A stretch of DNA of 64,000 nt from Patescibacteria group bacterium (GCA_016784145.1 JADHVF010000001.1:159339-223338); one strand, 5' to 3'; positions 8,133 through 17,567 are shown, counted from the first letter of the stretch. Made by a program: numbers and translations. Notes: a model not told the origin generated them from the sequence alone.

Positions 8133-8307
8133 ATAATATTCAATTATAATTTAAGTTCAGGCCTTTATTTTTTTAAAAAATCAAAGGATTTATACTTAAG
8201 AGGCACAATCTCCAAAAGGAGATTAGACCATTTCATGGAGGAAGTGAATATAAAAAGATTAGTAATGATTAATAAATGATTAGTGACTAAGAATTAGTGA
8301 CCAGGGA

Positions 8308-9579
8308 TCAATAATAATCTTTGATTTTTTTGGTATCACCAAGCTCTCTAATTCTTTCCAATGCTCGAGCTTCAATTTGTCTGATTCTCTCTCTAGTAAC
8401 ACCAAATACCTGTCCAACTTCTTCTAATGTATGAGCTACTCCGTCTGAAAGTCCAAATCTAATATCCAGTATTTTCTGCTCTCTTGATGAGAGGTCTGAG
8501 GTCACTTCTTTCATATATTTTTTCAAAAGAGCAAGCGCAGCCACTTTGTCAGGTGTTATTGTTTTTATGTCTTCAATAAAATCAGCTAGTTCTGTATTTT
8601 TGTCATCATCTTTTCCAACCGTTGTTTCTAATGAAATAACATCTTGTGATATTTTAATTAAATACCTGGCTTCATCTGCGCCTATTTCTAATTCGTCAGC
8701 TATTTCTTCTGGGGATGGTCGCCTGCCTAATGCTTGCGCCAAATATCTGTCTGCTTTTTTAAATTTTCCTAAAACTTCAACCACATGGACAGGAATTCTG
8801 ATTGTTCTTGATTGATCTGCTAATGAACGGATAATTGCCTGTCTTATCCACCAAACAGCATAAGTTGAAAATCTATAGCCTCTTTTCCAATCAAATTTTT
8901 CTACAGCTCTGAAAAGTCCGATGTTTCCTTCTTGAATTAAGTCCAAAAAAGTTAACCCATAACCAGAAAATTTTTTAGCAACACTGACAACTAAACGCAA
9001 ATTTGATTCTATTAACTTCATTTTGGCAAACTCATCTCCATCGTCTTTGAGTTTGGCTAGTTCTACTTCTTCTTTGGGGGTTATTAAAGATACTCTGCCA
9101 ATTTCCTTTAAATACATCTGAATCGAATCAGCTGACAACTTGCTTAAATCTAACATGAATTTATTGTCTTTTTTTTCTTCTTGATCCAATAGATTTTCTT
9201 TTGATTCAGCTATATTTATACCAGCTTTTTCTAATTTATCAAGAAAATCCTCGTATTCATCTAAATACTTTTCTAATCTAACAAAAACATGAAGTAACTC
9301 ATTTTCCGTCACAAATCCCCTTTTTCTCCCTTTGTTGGCTAATCTGTCCGCCTCTTGTTCTGGAAATTTAATTGAATAGATTGGATCTGTCTTAACCAGT
9401 TTGACAACTTTTTTCTTAAGAGATTTTTTCTTTTTCACCACTGTCTTTGGTTTAATCACTTTCTTTTTCACTTTTTTCTTAAGAATCTTTTTCTTTTTCA
9501 CAGCTGTCTTTGATTTAATCGCTTTCTTTTTTAGAAATGCCTTTGTTTTTAAAATTTTCTTTTTTTTCTTAATTGACAT
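8308..9579 (-). CDS. rpoD: RNA polymerase sigma factor RpoD (sigma-70) with lysine-rich N-terminal repeat extension
   Basis: Regions 2-4 are conserved ([26 protein letters not shown]...RERIRQIE). TGA stop. The first ~60 residues consist of KKK-x repeats. Confidence 0.93.
   Translation of the reverse strand: MSIKKKKKILKTKAFLKKKAIKSKTAVKKKKILKKKVKKKVIKPKTVVKKKKSLKKKVVKLVKTDPIYSIKFPEQEADRLANKGRKRGFVTENELLHVFVRLEKYLDEYEDFLDKLEKAGINIAESKENLLDQEEKKDNKFMLDLSKLSADSIQMYLKEIGRVSLITPKEEVELAKLKDDGDEFAKMKLIESNLRLVVSVAKKFSGYGLTFLDLIQEGNIGLFRAVEKFDWKRGYRFSTYAVWWIRQAIIRSLADQSRTIRIPVHVVEVLGKFKKADRYLAQALGRRPSPEEIADELEIGADEARYLIKISQDVISLETTVGKDDDKNTELADFIEDIKTITPDKVAALALLKKYMKEVTSDLSSREQKILDIRFGLSDGVAHTLEEVGQVFGVTRERIRQIEARALERIRELGDTKKIKDYY
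9414..9535. repeat. imperfect tandem duplication of about 60 bp encoding the Lys-rich N-terminus of RpoD
   Basis: Two near-identical units read directly (ttcttaaga...tttcaccactgtctttggtttaatcactttctttttcac). Confidence 0.6.
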
Positions 9580-9593
9580 AAATTATTTAAAAA

Positions 9594-11372
9594 TCATTTT
9601 GAAATTTGTTTTGATAATCCATTAATTTTTTGACTGATTTCTTTTATATCCTGCTTATTACCTTCTTCCTCTGCATGTCTTAACTCATCTATTAATCTCT
9701 CTATTTTGGTGTTTAAATATCTTTTTTTAAAGAGATTAAATGACTTGGTTAATTCTCTATCCACTTTTTCCTTTTTAAATCCCTTAAATTCTTTGTCTGC
9801 TAAAAAAGTTAAGAAAGTAAAATAATTAAGCAAATCTTTATCTTTGATTGTTTTCTTTATTTTTTCTGCTTCAATTTTTTCTGAATTGTCAAAATATTCT
9901 TTTGTTTTGGTTAGTATTTGTTTTAAGTTTTCTGTTTCAAACATGTCTAACAATAACTTATCTAAAACTTTTTTTCCTTGTTCAGGGAAAGTTAAAATCA
10001 TTGCTAAAAATTTTTCTTGTATTTGTTGAATGCCTGTTTTTAATTCTGCTAACTGAGCAGGTTGACTTGAATAAGTTGGTCTTTTTGAAGCATTAATCTT
10101 TTTCAAAGCATCAATCAAAAAAACTTCTGAAACATTTATTTTATTACTAAGATTTTTTAACCATAATCCCTGCTCTACTGAATCCCCTAATTTCGCAATG
10201 ATTGGCAAAAGTGTTTTGGTGACCTCTTTTCTGTCTGAAAGATTTGCTAAATCCTTATCTTTAAGTACTAATGAAAAATAATATTCCATAATTGGGATTG
10301 GATTTTTAACTGCTTGCTTCCAGCTCTTTATATCCTCTCTAATACATTCATCAGGGTCTTTGCCCTTAGTTAGTTCTAAGATTTTAACATCAAGTCCTTG
10401 TTTTAGCAAGAGGTCAATACTTCGAGAGGTAGCTGTTTGCCCGGCCAGGTCAACATCAAATCCTAAAATTATATTTTCAGTATATCTTTTTAATATATTT
10501 GCTTGTTGATCTGTTAAGGCTGTGCCAGAGGTACAAACAACATTTTTTGTATCTGCTTGGTGAGCTGAAATGACATCAACATTGCCTTCAACTAGAATTA
10601 CTTTATCATAATGTCTGATTTTTTGTTTAGCCATGTCTAAGCCATATAAAACCCTACTTTTGTTATAGATTTGAGTTTCAGGGGTATTAATATATTTACC
10701 AATCTGGTCATCTTCTGCTTCTGGCATTATTCTTGAAGTAAAACCAATTGTTTGCCCAAACATATCTCTTATTGGAAACATTATTCTATTACGAAAACGA
10801 TCATAATATTTGTTACTTGATTTTCTAGATTTAACAATCAAACCAGCCATTTCAATATGTTTAAAGGAAAAACCTCTTTTAATTAAAAAATTCAATAAAG
10901 TATCCCATTTGTCAGGGGCAAAACCAAGCTCAAACTCTTCAATTGTTTTTTTCTTTAAATTTCTTTGTTTTAAATATTTTCTGGCTGAATTAGCAGATTT
11001 TGAATCCATTAATACTTTATGATAAAACTTGGCACTAATATTACAAATATCAAGTAGCTTTGTTTTAGCGCTATCAAAACTTTTATCTTTCTTCTCAGAA
11101 ATATTAACGCCTGCTTTTTTTGCCAAAATGCGCAAGGCTTCTGGAAAATCAATTCCTTCTATTTCTTGGACAAAACCAAACATATCCGAACCCTTGGAGC
11201 AGCCAAAACAATGCCATATCTGTTTTTCTTGCGAAACATGAAAAGATGGATTTTCTTCCTTGTGAAACGGGCACGGAGCTTTAAAACTGGTGCCTGATTG
11301 TTTTAGATGAACATAGTCAGATATAACATCAACAATGTCTAGTTTTGATTTTATTTCATCAACAACATCCAT
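9594..11372 (-). CDS. dnaG: DNA primase
   Basis: CHC2 zinc finger (CPFHKEENPSFHV...CFGC) and TOPRIM (LVEGNVDVIS). Forms a dnaG-rpoD operon. Confidence 0.93.
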   Translation of the reverse strand: MDVVDEIKSKLDIVDVISDYVHLKQSGTSFKAPCPFHKEENPSFHVSQEKQIWHCFGCSKGSDMFGFVQEIEGIDFPEALRILAKKAGVNISEKKDKSFDSAKTKLLDICNISAKFYHKVLMDSKSANSARKYLKQRNLKKKTIEEFELGFAPDKWDTLLNFLIKRGFSFKHIEMAGLIVKSRKSSNKYYDRFRNRIMFPIRDMFGQTIGFTSRIMPEAEDDQIGKYINTPETQIYNKSRVLYGLDMAKQKIRHYDKVILVEGNVDVISAHQADTKNVVCTSGTALTDQQANILKRYTENIILGFDVDLAGQTATSRSIDLLLKQGLDVKILELTKGKDPDECIREDIKSWKQAVKNPIPIMEYYFSLVLKDKDLANLSDRKEVTKTLLPIIAKLGDSVEQGLWLKNLSNKINVSEVFLIDALKKINASKRPTYSSQPAQLAELKTGIQQIQEKFLAMILTFPEQGKKVLDKLLLDMFETENLKQILTKTKEYFDNSEKIEAEKIKKTIKDKDLLNYFTFLTFLADKEFKGFKKEKVDRELTKSFNLFKKRYLNTKIERLIDELRHAEEEGNKQDIKEISQKINGLSKQISK

Positions 11373-11382
11373 AATATTTATT

Positions 11383-12324
11383 TTAGTCGTAAATAATTGG
11401 CAACCTGTTTTCCATTAGAACTTTTGTGTTATATAGGTCTGGATCTATTGTTTTATCCCAACATACTTTTCCTTTGTCGTGCAACCATTTTTTATCAAAC
11501 CCCCTATAATATTTTGTATTATATTTATCCCCCTTATTATCTGTAGCAAAAGTAGCACATAATTCAAATTTGAAATTATCTTTTAAATTATAGTCATAGT
11601 CCTTATCCGTGTCAGGATCTTGCGGAGGAATAAATCCAGAAATACTATCTTCTAAATCAGTGAGGTTTTTAGGAAGAGTTTCTTTGTTCCTCCAATAATT
11701 TATAATTTCTGACTGAATCATGTTTAAGTCCTGAACTCTTTCATTGTCTATTCTTAAATCTCTTTGATGAGCTGGCGAACCGATTATGAAAAAACCGGCA
11801 ATAATAGCAATTAGAATCACTAACGAGCTAATTTTAGCAAACAATCCTGGAATACTTGATTTGGTTTGTTTTCGTTTTTTTAGATCCCAGAGATAATAAC
11901 CAAAAACAGCTCCAGCCACTACCATTACAACTAATAATTTAAGAAAAAACTTAATAGTTAAATCACCTTTTAAAAAATTATTTATCAAGGAGATTAAATC
12001 GATTATAATGGCTCCAGCAGCGATAAATAGAGTTAGATATAATAGCCAAGCCCTTGATCTCAAATCTCTTTTGTCGGGAGATTTTTTGTTTAATTTTTCT
12101 ATAGACCAAGCCATAAAAACAAAAACAGGCCAGAGAATTATTAAATTCGCCATGGAAGCCCGCACAACTCCGCTAATACTATTATAGCTATAACTTAATT
12201 GGTCTGGAAACAGAAAATTGATGTATTGGAATAGCAAGGCAATAAAACTGCCAACCCCTATATAAAGGGTGGCGATCATTAATAAATAGGAAAATATTTC
12301 TTTTGGAGTGCTTTTTGTTTTCAT
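11383..12324 (-). CDS. membrane protein, DUF5671-like N-terminal TM domain plus C-terminal Cys-containing domain
   Basis: Five predicted TM helices. Architecture is common in CPR genomes. Confidence 0.45.
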   Translation of the reverse strand: MKTKSTPKEIFSYLLMIATLYIGVGSFIALLFQYINFLFPDQLSYSYNSISGVVRASMANLIILWPVFVFMAWSIEKLNKKSPDKRDLRSRAWLLYLTLFIAAGAIIIDLISLINNFLKGDLTIKFFLKLLVVMVVAGAVFGYYLWDLKKRKQTKSSIPGLFAKISSLVILIAIIAGFFIIGSPAHQRDLRIDNERVQDLNMIQSEIINYWRNKETLPKNLTDLEDSISGFIPPQDPDTDKDYDYNLKDNFKFELCATFATDNKGDKYNTKYYRGFDKKWLHDKGKVCWDKTIDPDLYNTKVLMENRLPIIYD

Positions 12325-12343
12325 ATGTTTTTAATTAAAATGA

Positions 12344-13099
12344 TTAGTGATGATGAAAAGTTAATAATAAAATAATAGTAATTATTCCGGTTAATAATAA
12401 TAAAAATTGCGTGATGATATTTTTTACATTAGCACTAACATGCTTGCGATGAAGCTCTGGCACAAGGTCAGACAAGGCAATATAAATAAAGCTAGCAGCT
12501 GAAATAGCCATGATATAGGGGACAACTCCTTGAACTGGCTCAAGAATATAATAAGATAGAATTGCTGCTGGCAAAGTTGTTAAACTTGATAATATATTTA
12601 ATAATAACGCTTTTTTCTTCTTATATCCACTGTGAATTAAAATGGCAAAATCTCCTACTTCCTGAGGAATTTCGTGAAGAATCATAGAAAATCCAACCAT
12701 TATGCCAAAAGGAATTGATATCAAAAAACTAGCTGCAATCACCACCCCGTCAGCAAAATTATGAAAAGCATCACCAATTAAAATCATCTGACCAGAGGCC
12801 TTATGAATCTCGCATTTTTGGTCATGACAATGATGCCAGATAATAGTTTTTTCAATAAGAAAAAAAATAATAATTCCAATCAGAACTGTTAATAAGATTG
12901 GCCTTAATTCAAGCCGCTCCACTGCTTCTGGAATTAATCCTAAAAAAGCAGAGGCTAATAAAGTTCCGCCAGCATATGCTATTAAGAATGGGATAAGTAT
13001 TTTTTGGATTTTTTCTTTGAATAAAAGATAACTGCCTATTGTGATTATAACACCGATGCTTCCTAAAATACTAAATAAAATAATAAAAAATAAAGTCAT
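12344..13099 (-). CDS. zupT: ZIP-family zinc transporter
   Basis: ZIP signature motifs HNFADG and HEIPQEVGDF. Confidence 0.8.
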   Translation of the reverse strand: MTLFFIILFSILGSIGVIITIGSYLLFKEKIQKILIPFLIAYAGGTLLASAFLGLIPEAVERLELRPILLTVLIGIIIFFLIEKTIIWHHCHDQKCEIHKASGQMILIGDAFHNFADGVVIAASFLISIPFGIMVGFSMILHEIPQEVGDFAILIHSGYKKKKALLLNILSSLTTLPAAILSYYILEPVQGVVPYIMAISAASFIYIALSDLVPELHRKHVSANVKNIITQFLLLLTGIITIILLLTFHHH

Positions 13100-13139
13100 T
13101 AAAAATATTATAACAAAGTTTTTGAATAAAAAAAAGGCT

Positions 13140-13439
13140 CTACATTGAGAGCCTTTTGTATGTTTTTAAGCCAAAATTAATTGCTTTGAATAAATATAAT
13201 CCGAGCCAGATAAGTGACAGGATAAAAACCGGTATCATTCTAAGCAAAATATCAATCTCCGTGATGTTGCCTGTCAATACTGCTTTTATATCTTCCCAAT
13301 CAGCCCACCCCCATCCACTTGCATAAAAAACAAGCAACATGAGCGTGCTAAAGATTAACACATCTTCATTCAGTATTCCAGCAAAAAATCCTATTATTAC
13401 CGAAAATATGACTTTTGGCGTTTGTGTTGTAAGTTGCAT
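13140..13439 (-). CDS. small membrane protein
   Basis: AAAGGAGG RBS. Hydrophobic. Stop codon is embedded in a terminator hairpin (ggctctacattgagagcc plus T8). Confidence 0.4.
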   Translation of the reverse strand: MQLTTQTPKVIFSVIIGFFAGILNEDVLIFSTLMLLVFYASGWGWADWEDIKAVLTGNITEIDILLRMIPVFILSLIWLGLYLFKAINFGLKTYKRLSM

Positions 13440-13530
13440 TTCTGCCTCCTTTTTTTAAATTATTTCTTACTGTGACAAGGATAGCGCAAATCTCCCTTTC
13501 TGTCAATTCCCTATATCTACTATTTAACCT

Positions 13531-13552
13531 ACTGAGAGGCCTTGCCTCTCAG
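13531..13552. repeat. GC-rich palindromic element, variant ctgagaggc-ctt-gcctctcag
   Basis: 21-nt hairpin. Member of the family also seen at 15176..15215, 23282..23341 and 23540..23560. Confidence 0.5.
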
Positions 13553-13582
13553 TAAATTTTGGATAAATTTTATTTAGGGAAT

Positions 13583-14302
13583 TCAGGAGTCAGGGCCCCC
13601 AAAAGAAAGATAGAATTTGCGTTTTTCTTTAGAAAATTTTTCAATAGCATAACGCAACATCATACGTGGCATAATATGTGCCTGTTTTTTTAAAAATTCC
13701 TCTAATGTCTTTTTATCTCGTTTGCCAACCTCTCTAAGCATCCAACCACTAGCTTTATGAATTAAATCATGTTTGTCTTTTAAAAATATCTGAGCCAGTT
13801 TTAAAGTATCATTAAATTGATTGTTTTTAATAAATTGAAAAGTGGAAACCATGGCTATGCGTCGTTCCCACAAATTTTTTGATTTAGCCAGCTTATAAAG
13901 AATACTTTTATCTTTTTTCCCCATCAGCCAAACTCCTAATATATTTGAGGCTGTAATATCAACCAAGTCCCAGTTATTCACATTTCTGGCATTTTTCAAA
14001 TAAAAATTAACTATTTGTTTTTGTCGCCCAACATCAGCCTGCTTAAATTGATTAGTTAAAATCACTAAACAGGTTAATCTTTGTTCATGAATTTTGCTTT
14101 TTAATAATATTTGTAAATCTTTTAATTTTAAATTTGTGTATTTTTGGGCTACTTTTCTTTGTTCTGGCACAGTAATGCCCAGAAAAATATCCCCTGCACC
14201 ATATTGGCCTGGCCCTGTTTTAAAAAAACGAGACAAAATGATTGCTTTGTCTGGATTTTTTAATACTTTTAATTCTTTTTTTAAGGATATTAAATTACCC
14301 AT
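13583..14302 (-). CDS. DNA alkylation repair protein (AlkD/AlkC-like HEAT-repeat glycosylase)
   Basis: NNWDLVD motif and helical-repeat composition typical of pfam DNA_alkylation. Confidence 0.6.
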   Translation of the reverse strand: MGNLISLKKELKVLKNPDKAIILSRFFKTGPGQYGAGDIFLGITVPEQRKVAQKYTNLKLKDLQILLKSKIHEQRLTCLVILTNQFKQADVGRQKQIVNFYLKNARNVNNWDLVDITASNILGVWLMGKKDKSILYKLAKSKNLWERRIAMVSTFQFIKNNQFNDTLKLAQIFLKDKHDLIHKASGWMLREVGKRDKKTLEEFLKKQAHIMPRMMLRYAIEKFSKEKRKFYLSFGGPDS

Positions 14303-15060
14303 AAAAAGAAAATTATACTAATTATTATTCTATAAATGCCAAATAAAATAAAATTATTATTTTGAACATATTTTATAAAAAACTTAATAGTAATTAAAGC
14401 CACTAGAAAAGCAACAACAAAACCAATTCCCAGAGCAATAAAATTTTCTCCTGAAAATGACAGGCCTGATTTTAATAAATCATAACCAGTGGCTGCCAAC
14501 ATAGTCGGAATTGCCAGCAAAAAAGAAAATTCTACAATGGTTTTGCGACTCAGTCCTAAAATTAGTCCGCCAACAATAGTTGCTCCGGCCCTAGAAACCC
14601 CTGGAATCATGGCAATTGATTGGAAAATACCAATTAAAAAACATTTTGAAAAAGGTATTTTGCTGATTGCCTGAGTATCTTTTTCTTTTTCTTTGTGTAA
14701 TAAATCAAAAACAATTAAAAAAATACCGCCCAAAAATAAAGCGCCAATTATTATCTGATAACTTTCTAATAAATAATTTTTTACGATCTTGTAAGCCAAA
14801 AGACCCAAAACAGCTGTTGGCAAAAAAGCAATAACAATTCTTTTCAACACCTCGTACTTTATTAAAAACTTTTTCCAATAAAGCCAAACCACTGCCAAAA
14901 TTGCGCCTAATTGAATTGAAATCTCAAAAGTTTTTACAAAGTCAGTTTGAGATAATCCCAGCAGTTTTGAAGAAAGAATTAAGTGAGCGGTTGAAGAAAT
15001 CGGCAAAAACTCGCTCAAGCCCTCTACTATTCCTAAAATTAAACTATGTATATATCCCAT
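14290..15060 (-). CDS. uppP: undecaprenyl-diphosphate phosphatase
   Basis: GLSEFLPISSTAHL motif of the BacA/UppP family. Multiple TM helices. Confidence 0.9.
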   Translation of the reverse strand: MGYIHSLILGIVEGLSEFLPISSTAHLILSSKLLGLSQTDFVKTFEISIQLGAILAVVWLYWKKFLIKYEVLKRIVIAFLPTAVLGLLAYKIVKNYLLESYQIIIGALFLGGIFLIVFDLLHKEKEKDTQAISKIPFSKCFLIGIFQSIAMIPGVSRAGATIVGGLILGLSRKTIVEFSFLLAIPTMLAATGYDLLKSGLSFSGENFIALGIGFVVAFLVALITIKFFIKYVQNNNFILFGIYRIIISIIFFLWVI

Positions 15061-15175
15061 TTATCTTGTTTTGCTATATTTACTATTTATATGCTTGTCT
15101 ATACATGGATCAGGCACAATGGTCAGTCCTATTTAAGTGAGCTCTGATAACCCTATTAACTTAGTGGAAACCCCT

Positions 15176-15215
15176 ACTTAGAGGCCTTGCCCTACTTAGG
15201 GGCCTTGCCCCTAAG
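15176..15215. repeat. tandem pair of GC-rich palindromic elements (cttagaggccttgccctac / cttaggggc-ctt-gcccctaag)
   Basis: Read directly. The loop ctt is the reverse complement of the aag loop in the 23.3-kb copies, so the element occurs in both orientations. Confidence 0.55.
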
Positions 15216-15480
15216 TAAAATAAAAAATTGTGTAATATTTATATTAAGAATAACCAAAAAAAATAATTTTAACAACCATTTTTTTATTTTCCAAAATCCA
15301 ATTTTTTAGTAAAAATTACAAATATTGTAACAAATTATATTTTTACTCGTCATATTATAATGAGAGGGATAAAAAAAATAATAAATATTAAAAATGACTG
15401 TAATAAAAATAACTAATAAAAAAAGCAAGAAAAAAGTAGATTCCGCCTTAGAAAAATGGGCTATATTTTTATTATTTTTA

Positions 15481-15530
15481 ATGCAAAAAGAAAATAAAAA
15501 ATAAAATAAATATAATAAACAAACAAAAAA
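15481..15530. repeat. direct repeat DR-L (atgcaaaaagaaaataaaaaataaaataaatataataaacaaacaaaaaa), followed by hairpin terminator 15531..15560
   Basis: 49/49 identity with DR-R at 16966..17014. Confidence 0.7.
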
Positions 15531-15804
15531 AGCACTTATTTATTAAGTGTTTTTTTAATATCCTTGTGCTAACTCTAAGACCTCGTAAAATAAAGCTCTT
15601 CGTGATAGCTCAATCTGGCAGTACCTTTTAGTTGAAATGCGTGATAATTTGAACTTAAAACTTTATTAATCTATTAATAAATATCGTGTTTGCCAATAGA
15701 ATAAAATCTAACTGCATTTTTCTTTTTATCTACAAAATCAAAAATAATTCTATATTCATAATTTATAAAAAATGCTAGAAATAGTTACTCACAGTTTAAA
15801 TAAT

Positions 15805-15833
15805 TTGACTTATATTTATTAATTGGCTATAAT
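15805..15833 (+). promoter_or_regulatory. consensus sigma70 promoter TTGACT-17-TATAAT for the fic gene
   Basis: Read directly, about 30 nt upstream of ATG 15864. No SD sequence. Confidence 0.55.
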
Positions 15834-15863
15834 TGGGCATAGTTAATATAACCAATTAATCTT

Positions 15864-16961
15864 ATGATAAAAAAGCAAAAAAATACCACTAAAAAGGGTC
15901 TGGGTCTGGATAAATTCGATAAACGGCTTGAACACGTCCCAGCCAGCATCATCTCGAAAATAGGACAGATCGATGAATTAAAAGGAAGATGGATTGCAGG
16001 GGCAAAATTAAGTCCTCAAGTTTTAGGTCGTCTCAAACGGTCTGTTTTGATTACATCTACTGGTGCTTCTACTCGTATTGAAGGTGCAAAACTATCTGAT
16101 AAGGATGTTGAGAAAATGATGAGAGGTATTACTATCCAGAAATTTACTGACCGAGATAAACAGGAAGTTCAAGGTTATTATGAACTTTTAGAAAATGTTT
16201 TTAATTCTTGGAAAATACTTAAACTTAACGAAGGCACTATAAAGCATTTCCACGGTGAATTGCTCAAGTATGTTGATAAAGACCAAAGACATCGAGGTGA
16301 TTATAAAAAGCAGGAAAATAAAGTCCACATGGTAAATAAAGCTGGCGAGTCTGTGGGTGTTCTTTTTGATACCACCGCCGCCTATCTTACTCCCAAAGAA
16401 ATGCAGGAATTAATTGAGTGGACTAACAATGCTTTGACCGAGAAAAAATATCACTCACTTCTTATTGTCGCTAATCTCTTAGTAGAGTTTTTAAAGATTC
16501 ATCCATTCCAAGATGGTAATGGCCGGTTTTCTCGTGTTCTGACAAATCTATTGCTTCTTAAAGAGGGCTACGAATACATGCCCTATGTATCTCATGAGAA
16601 ATTGGTTGAGGATAACAAGCCAGAATACTATATTGCTTTACGTAAAAGTCAAAAAACAATGGGTTCAAAAAAAGAGGATATTACTCCATGGCTTAAATTC
16701 TTTTTCACTATGTTAATTCAACAAGCAGAAATGGCAGAAGAGCTTTTGTCAAAAGAAAACATAGAAAAACTTTTGTCTGAAAAACAGCTGGCTGTTTGGC
16801 AGTATTTACAGGAAGTAGAAGAAGTCAGCACTGGAAAGCTTGTTAAAAAAACAAAAATTTCTCGAGCTACTGTAAAACAAGCACTCGATAGATTATTACA
16901 GTTTAAGAAAATCGAACGCATTGGTCTTGGTAGAAGCGCGAGATACCGAAAACTAAAATAA
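15864..16961 (+). CDS. fic: Fic-family protein (AMPylator) with C-terminal winged-helix domain
   Basis: Canonical Fic motif HPFQDGNGRFSR. Confidence 0.9.
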   Translation: MIKKQKNTTKKGLGLDKFDKRLEHVPASIISKIGQIDELKGRWIAGAKLSPQVLGRLKRSVLITSTGASTRIEGAKLSDKDVEKMMRGITIQKFTDRDKQEVQGYYELLENVFNSWKILKLNEGTIKHFHGELLKYVDKDQRHRGDYKKQENKVHMVNKAGESVGVLFDTTAAYLTPKEMQELIEWTNNALTEKKYHSLLIVANLLVEFLKIHPFQDGNGRFSRVLTNLLLLKEGYEYMPYVSHEKLVEDNKPEYYIALRKSQKTMGSKKEDITPWLKFFFTMLIQQAEMAEELLSKENIEKLLSEKQLAVWQYLQEVEEVSTGKLVKKTKISRATVKQALDRLLQFKKIERIGLGRSARYRKLK

Positions 16962-16965
16962 ATAT

Positions 16966-17014
16966 ATGCAAAAAGAAAATAAAAAATAAAATAAATATAA
17001 TAAACAAACAAAAA
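16966..17014. repeat. direct repeat DR-R, followed by hairpin terminator gacggaag-taat-cttccgtc plus T6 (17015..17045)
   Basis: Identical to DR-L. Both are followed by a hairpin and then tttttaatat. Confidence 0.7.
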
Positions 17015-17057
17015 AGACGGAAGTAATCTTCCGTCTTTTTTAATATACAATAAATAC

Positions 17058-17567
17058 TTATTTCTCTTTTTCGTAAAAATTAGGATCAAGTCTTAGCCTT
17101 GAATCAATTTTGGATGGATCTTTCTCAGTCTCCTGTTGCTTGAGCCACATATAAAATTCTTCCTTATTTCTAATGAAATTATTATGTTCTCCTGGATTAA
17201 GCTTTCTCCCTAATTTTTGCTCTACATGCCACATTTCCGAACCTCTTTGAGAAGGAAGGTCTCTAATTTCCTTAGAAATATCAATTTTTCTAGAAGGAAG
17301 TAGCGGTTCTTTTTTGCCACTAATAAACGCACGAAGCTTTTTTAATAAACCATCTGTTTTTTTGATATCTTCTTCTACTAGTTTTTTGCTTTCTTCTGAA
17401 GTCTCAAAATCATCTTTTATTTCTTCTTCTTTATTTTCTTCTAGTTTTTCTTCCGTTCGACCATGCTCAGGGTCTTTGCCTTTATTTTCTTCCAATACTT
17501 CTTCATTTGAATTCTTTTCAAAATTCATAATAATTAAAGTTAATTTATTATGTATATATAATAACAC
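17058..17567 (-). CDS. acidic hypothetical protein (GTG start; probable real start at internal MNFEKN)
   Basis: ORF only. Glu/Lys-rich. Confidence 0.35.
   Translation of the reverse strand: MLLYIHNKLTLIIMNFEKNSNEEVLEENKGKDPEHGRTEEKLEENKEEEIKDDFETSEESKKLVEEDIKKTDGLLKKLRAFISGKKEPLLPSRKIDISKEIRDLPSQRGSEMWHVEQKLGRKLNPGEHNNFIRNKEEFYMWLKQQETEKDPSKIDSRLRLDPNFYEKEK

Noticed and set aside
9401-9625. Plus-strand ORF (74 aa, poly-Phe) overlapping the rpoD 5' end
   Set aside because: It is the antisense of the lysine (AAA/AAG) repeat region, so it reads as TTT/CTT codons. Artefact.
13109-13160. Apparent 1-nt coordinate discrepancy between my manual counting and the ORF track around 13.1 kb
   Set aside because: Most likely my own counting error in a long A-run. 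The track coordinates were kept for the CDS entries, and coordinates for small regulatory features in this stretch should be taken as plus or minus 1-2 nt.
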